From an uncultured Candidatus Saccharibacteria bacterium (lineage in GTDB: Bacteria > Patescibacteriota > Minisyncoccia > Phycocordibacterales > UBA2100): DNA of 64,000 nt. The stretch spans positions 40,790 through 104,789 of the forward strand of contig CAZUVH010000001.1 of the NCBI GenBank assembly GCA_964623775.1, read 5' to 3'. Numbering within the stretch: position 1 is the first letter of the stretch; every line of letters starts with the position of its first letter. Under the pieces are notes generated by a model. That model had not been told where the DNA came from. It was given only the letters and a program-made list of their open reading frames with translations, and searched no databases. Made by a program: the position numbers and the translations under genes. This document shows, in pieces, positions 63,453 through 64,000 of this stretch.

Positions 63453-63932
63453 CTACTCTGCCGAGTATTTAATGACTACACGTCTGTTGCGTCCCTCTCC
63501 CTGGGACTCGGTTTTTACGTTGGGGGCGTTTTGCAGTGCTGTGTGGATTATGAGGCGCTCGTATCCTGACATTGGGGTGAGTTCGACATCATACTGGAAG
63601 GATCGGGCGCGTTCGGCCATCATAAGTGCCTTAGTCTCCAGGTCTTTGATCTGCTTTGTGCGGTAATCATTCACATCCACGAGGAACTTAGGCCCGCCAT
63701 CTGACGCTCCTTCACCGGAGGTTTCGGGAGGGAGGCGTTTTTCTGCAATTTTCTTTACCAGAAAATCGATCGCGTGTACCGTATCGCCGTGAGCGCCTAT
63801 AAGTTGGCGAGAGTTGTCTCCGGCTTCGATTGAAAAAATGACCTGCCCCACCGCTTCTACACGGTTGACCTTCGCCGCGCCGAGGCCAAGCGAAGAGAGA
63901 AGTTCCTTGAGGATGGTTTCGATCGTATCGTG
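63453..63932 (-). CDS. khpB: Jag/KhpB RNA-binding protein (KH + R3H domains)
   Basis: Jag N-domain, KH-like region and C-terminal R3H motif (LTPMSGYERLIIHTAL..RRVVI). Confidence 0.7.
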   Translation of the reverse strand, partial: HDTIETILKELLSSLGLGAAKVNRVEAVGQVIFSIEAGDNSRQLIGAHGDTVHAIDFLVKKIAEKRLPPETSGEGASDGGPKFLVDVNDYRTKQIKDLETKALMMAERARSFQYDVELTPMSGYERLIIHTALQNAPNVKTESQGEGRNRRVVIKYSAE

Positions 63933-64000
63933 CATGCAGGGCACTATACGCCTTTTTTAGCGAATGAGCAAAATTGGCGGCTTGTTTTACAGCGCCGGGC

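Noticed and set aside
1-64000. CRISPR arrays, reverse transcriptase/DGR, transposases or IS elements, and an alternative (UGA-recoded) genetic code
   Set aside because: No regularly spaced direct repeats, no RT or transposase-like ORFs. TGA, TAA and TAG all terminate well-supported genes at the expected lengths, so the standard bacterial code applies.

Overview
The window is a gene-dense bacterial chromosomal segment using the standard genetic code (TGA, TAA and TAG all end well-supported genes). It is mostly housekeeping: nusA, tig, ppa, clpP, rny, hup, pnp, rpsO, cca, xth, a xerC/D-type recombinase, rarA, uvrD/pcrA, rsmA/ksgA, comM, apt, Nudix, FKBP, LysM-M23 peptidase and Jag/KhpB, plus four tRNA genes. 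Together with several membrane/surface modules this suggests a small-genome, possibly episymbiotic (CPR/Patescibacteria-like) organism; that assignment is inference from gene content only. Four regions stand out. (1) A minus-strand type IV pilus operon (pilB, DKNYY-repeat protein, four-helix-bundle protein, pilC, pilin-like) whose intergenic spacers carry GTATGGC/GTATGGA heptad arrays. (2) An accessory region at about 11.2-15.1 kb with four unrelated small minus-strand genes. Each follows a nearly identical ~38-bp upstream element and a hairpin. Next to them lies a ~1 kb stretch with no ORF of 60 aa or more, and that stretch ends in a perfect consensus sigma70 promoter driving a ~240-nt terminator-bounded transcript. 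(3) Three TrmB-family regulator paralogs, two of which have ATGTnn-N7/8-nnACAT palindromic operators; one pair of identical 20-mers also flanks a twin zinc-ribbon operon and the apt/Nudix promoter. (4) A ~13 kb type IV secretion/conjugation-like cluster at 50.2-63.4 kb. It contains a prepilin-signal protein, a VirB6/TrbL-like protein, a PrgI/VirB3-like protein and a VirB4 ATPase split into two ORFs. Its first operon shares a 20-bp inverted-repeat promoter element with a distant DksA/TraR-family gene. I found no CRISPR array, reverse transcriptase or transposase. All coordinates come from hand reading and the supplied ORF track, and hand-derived boundaries may be off by a few nt.
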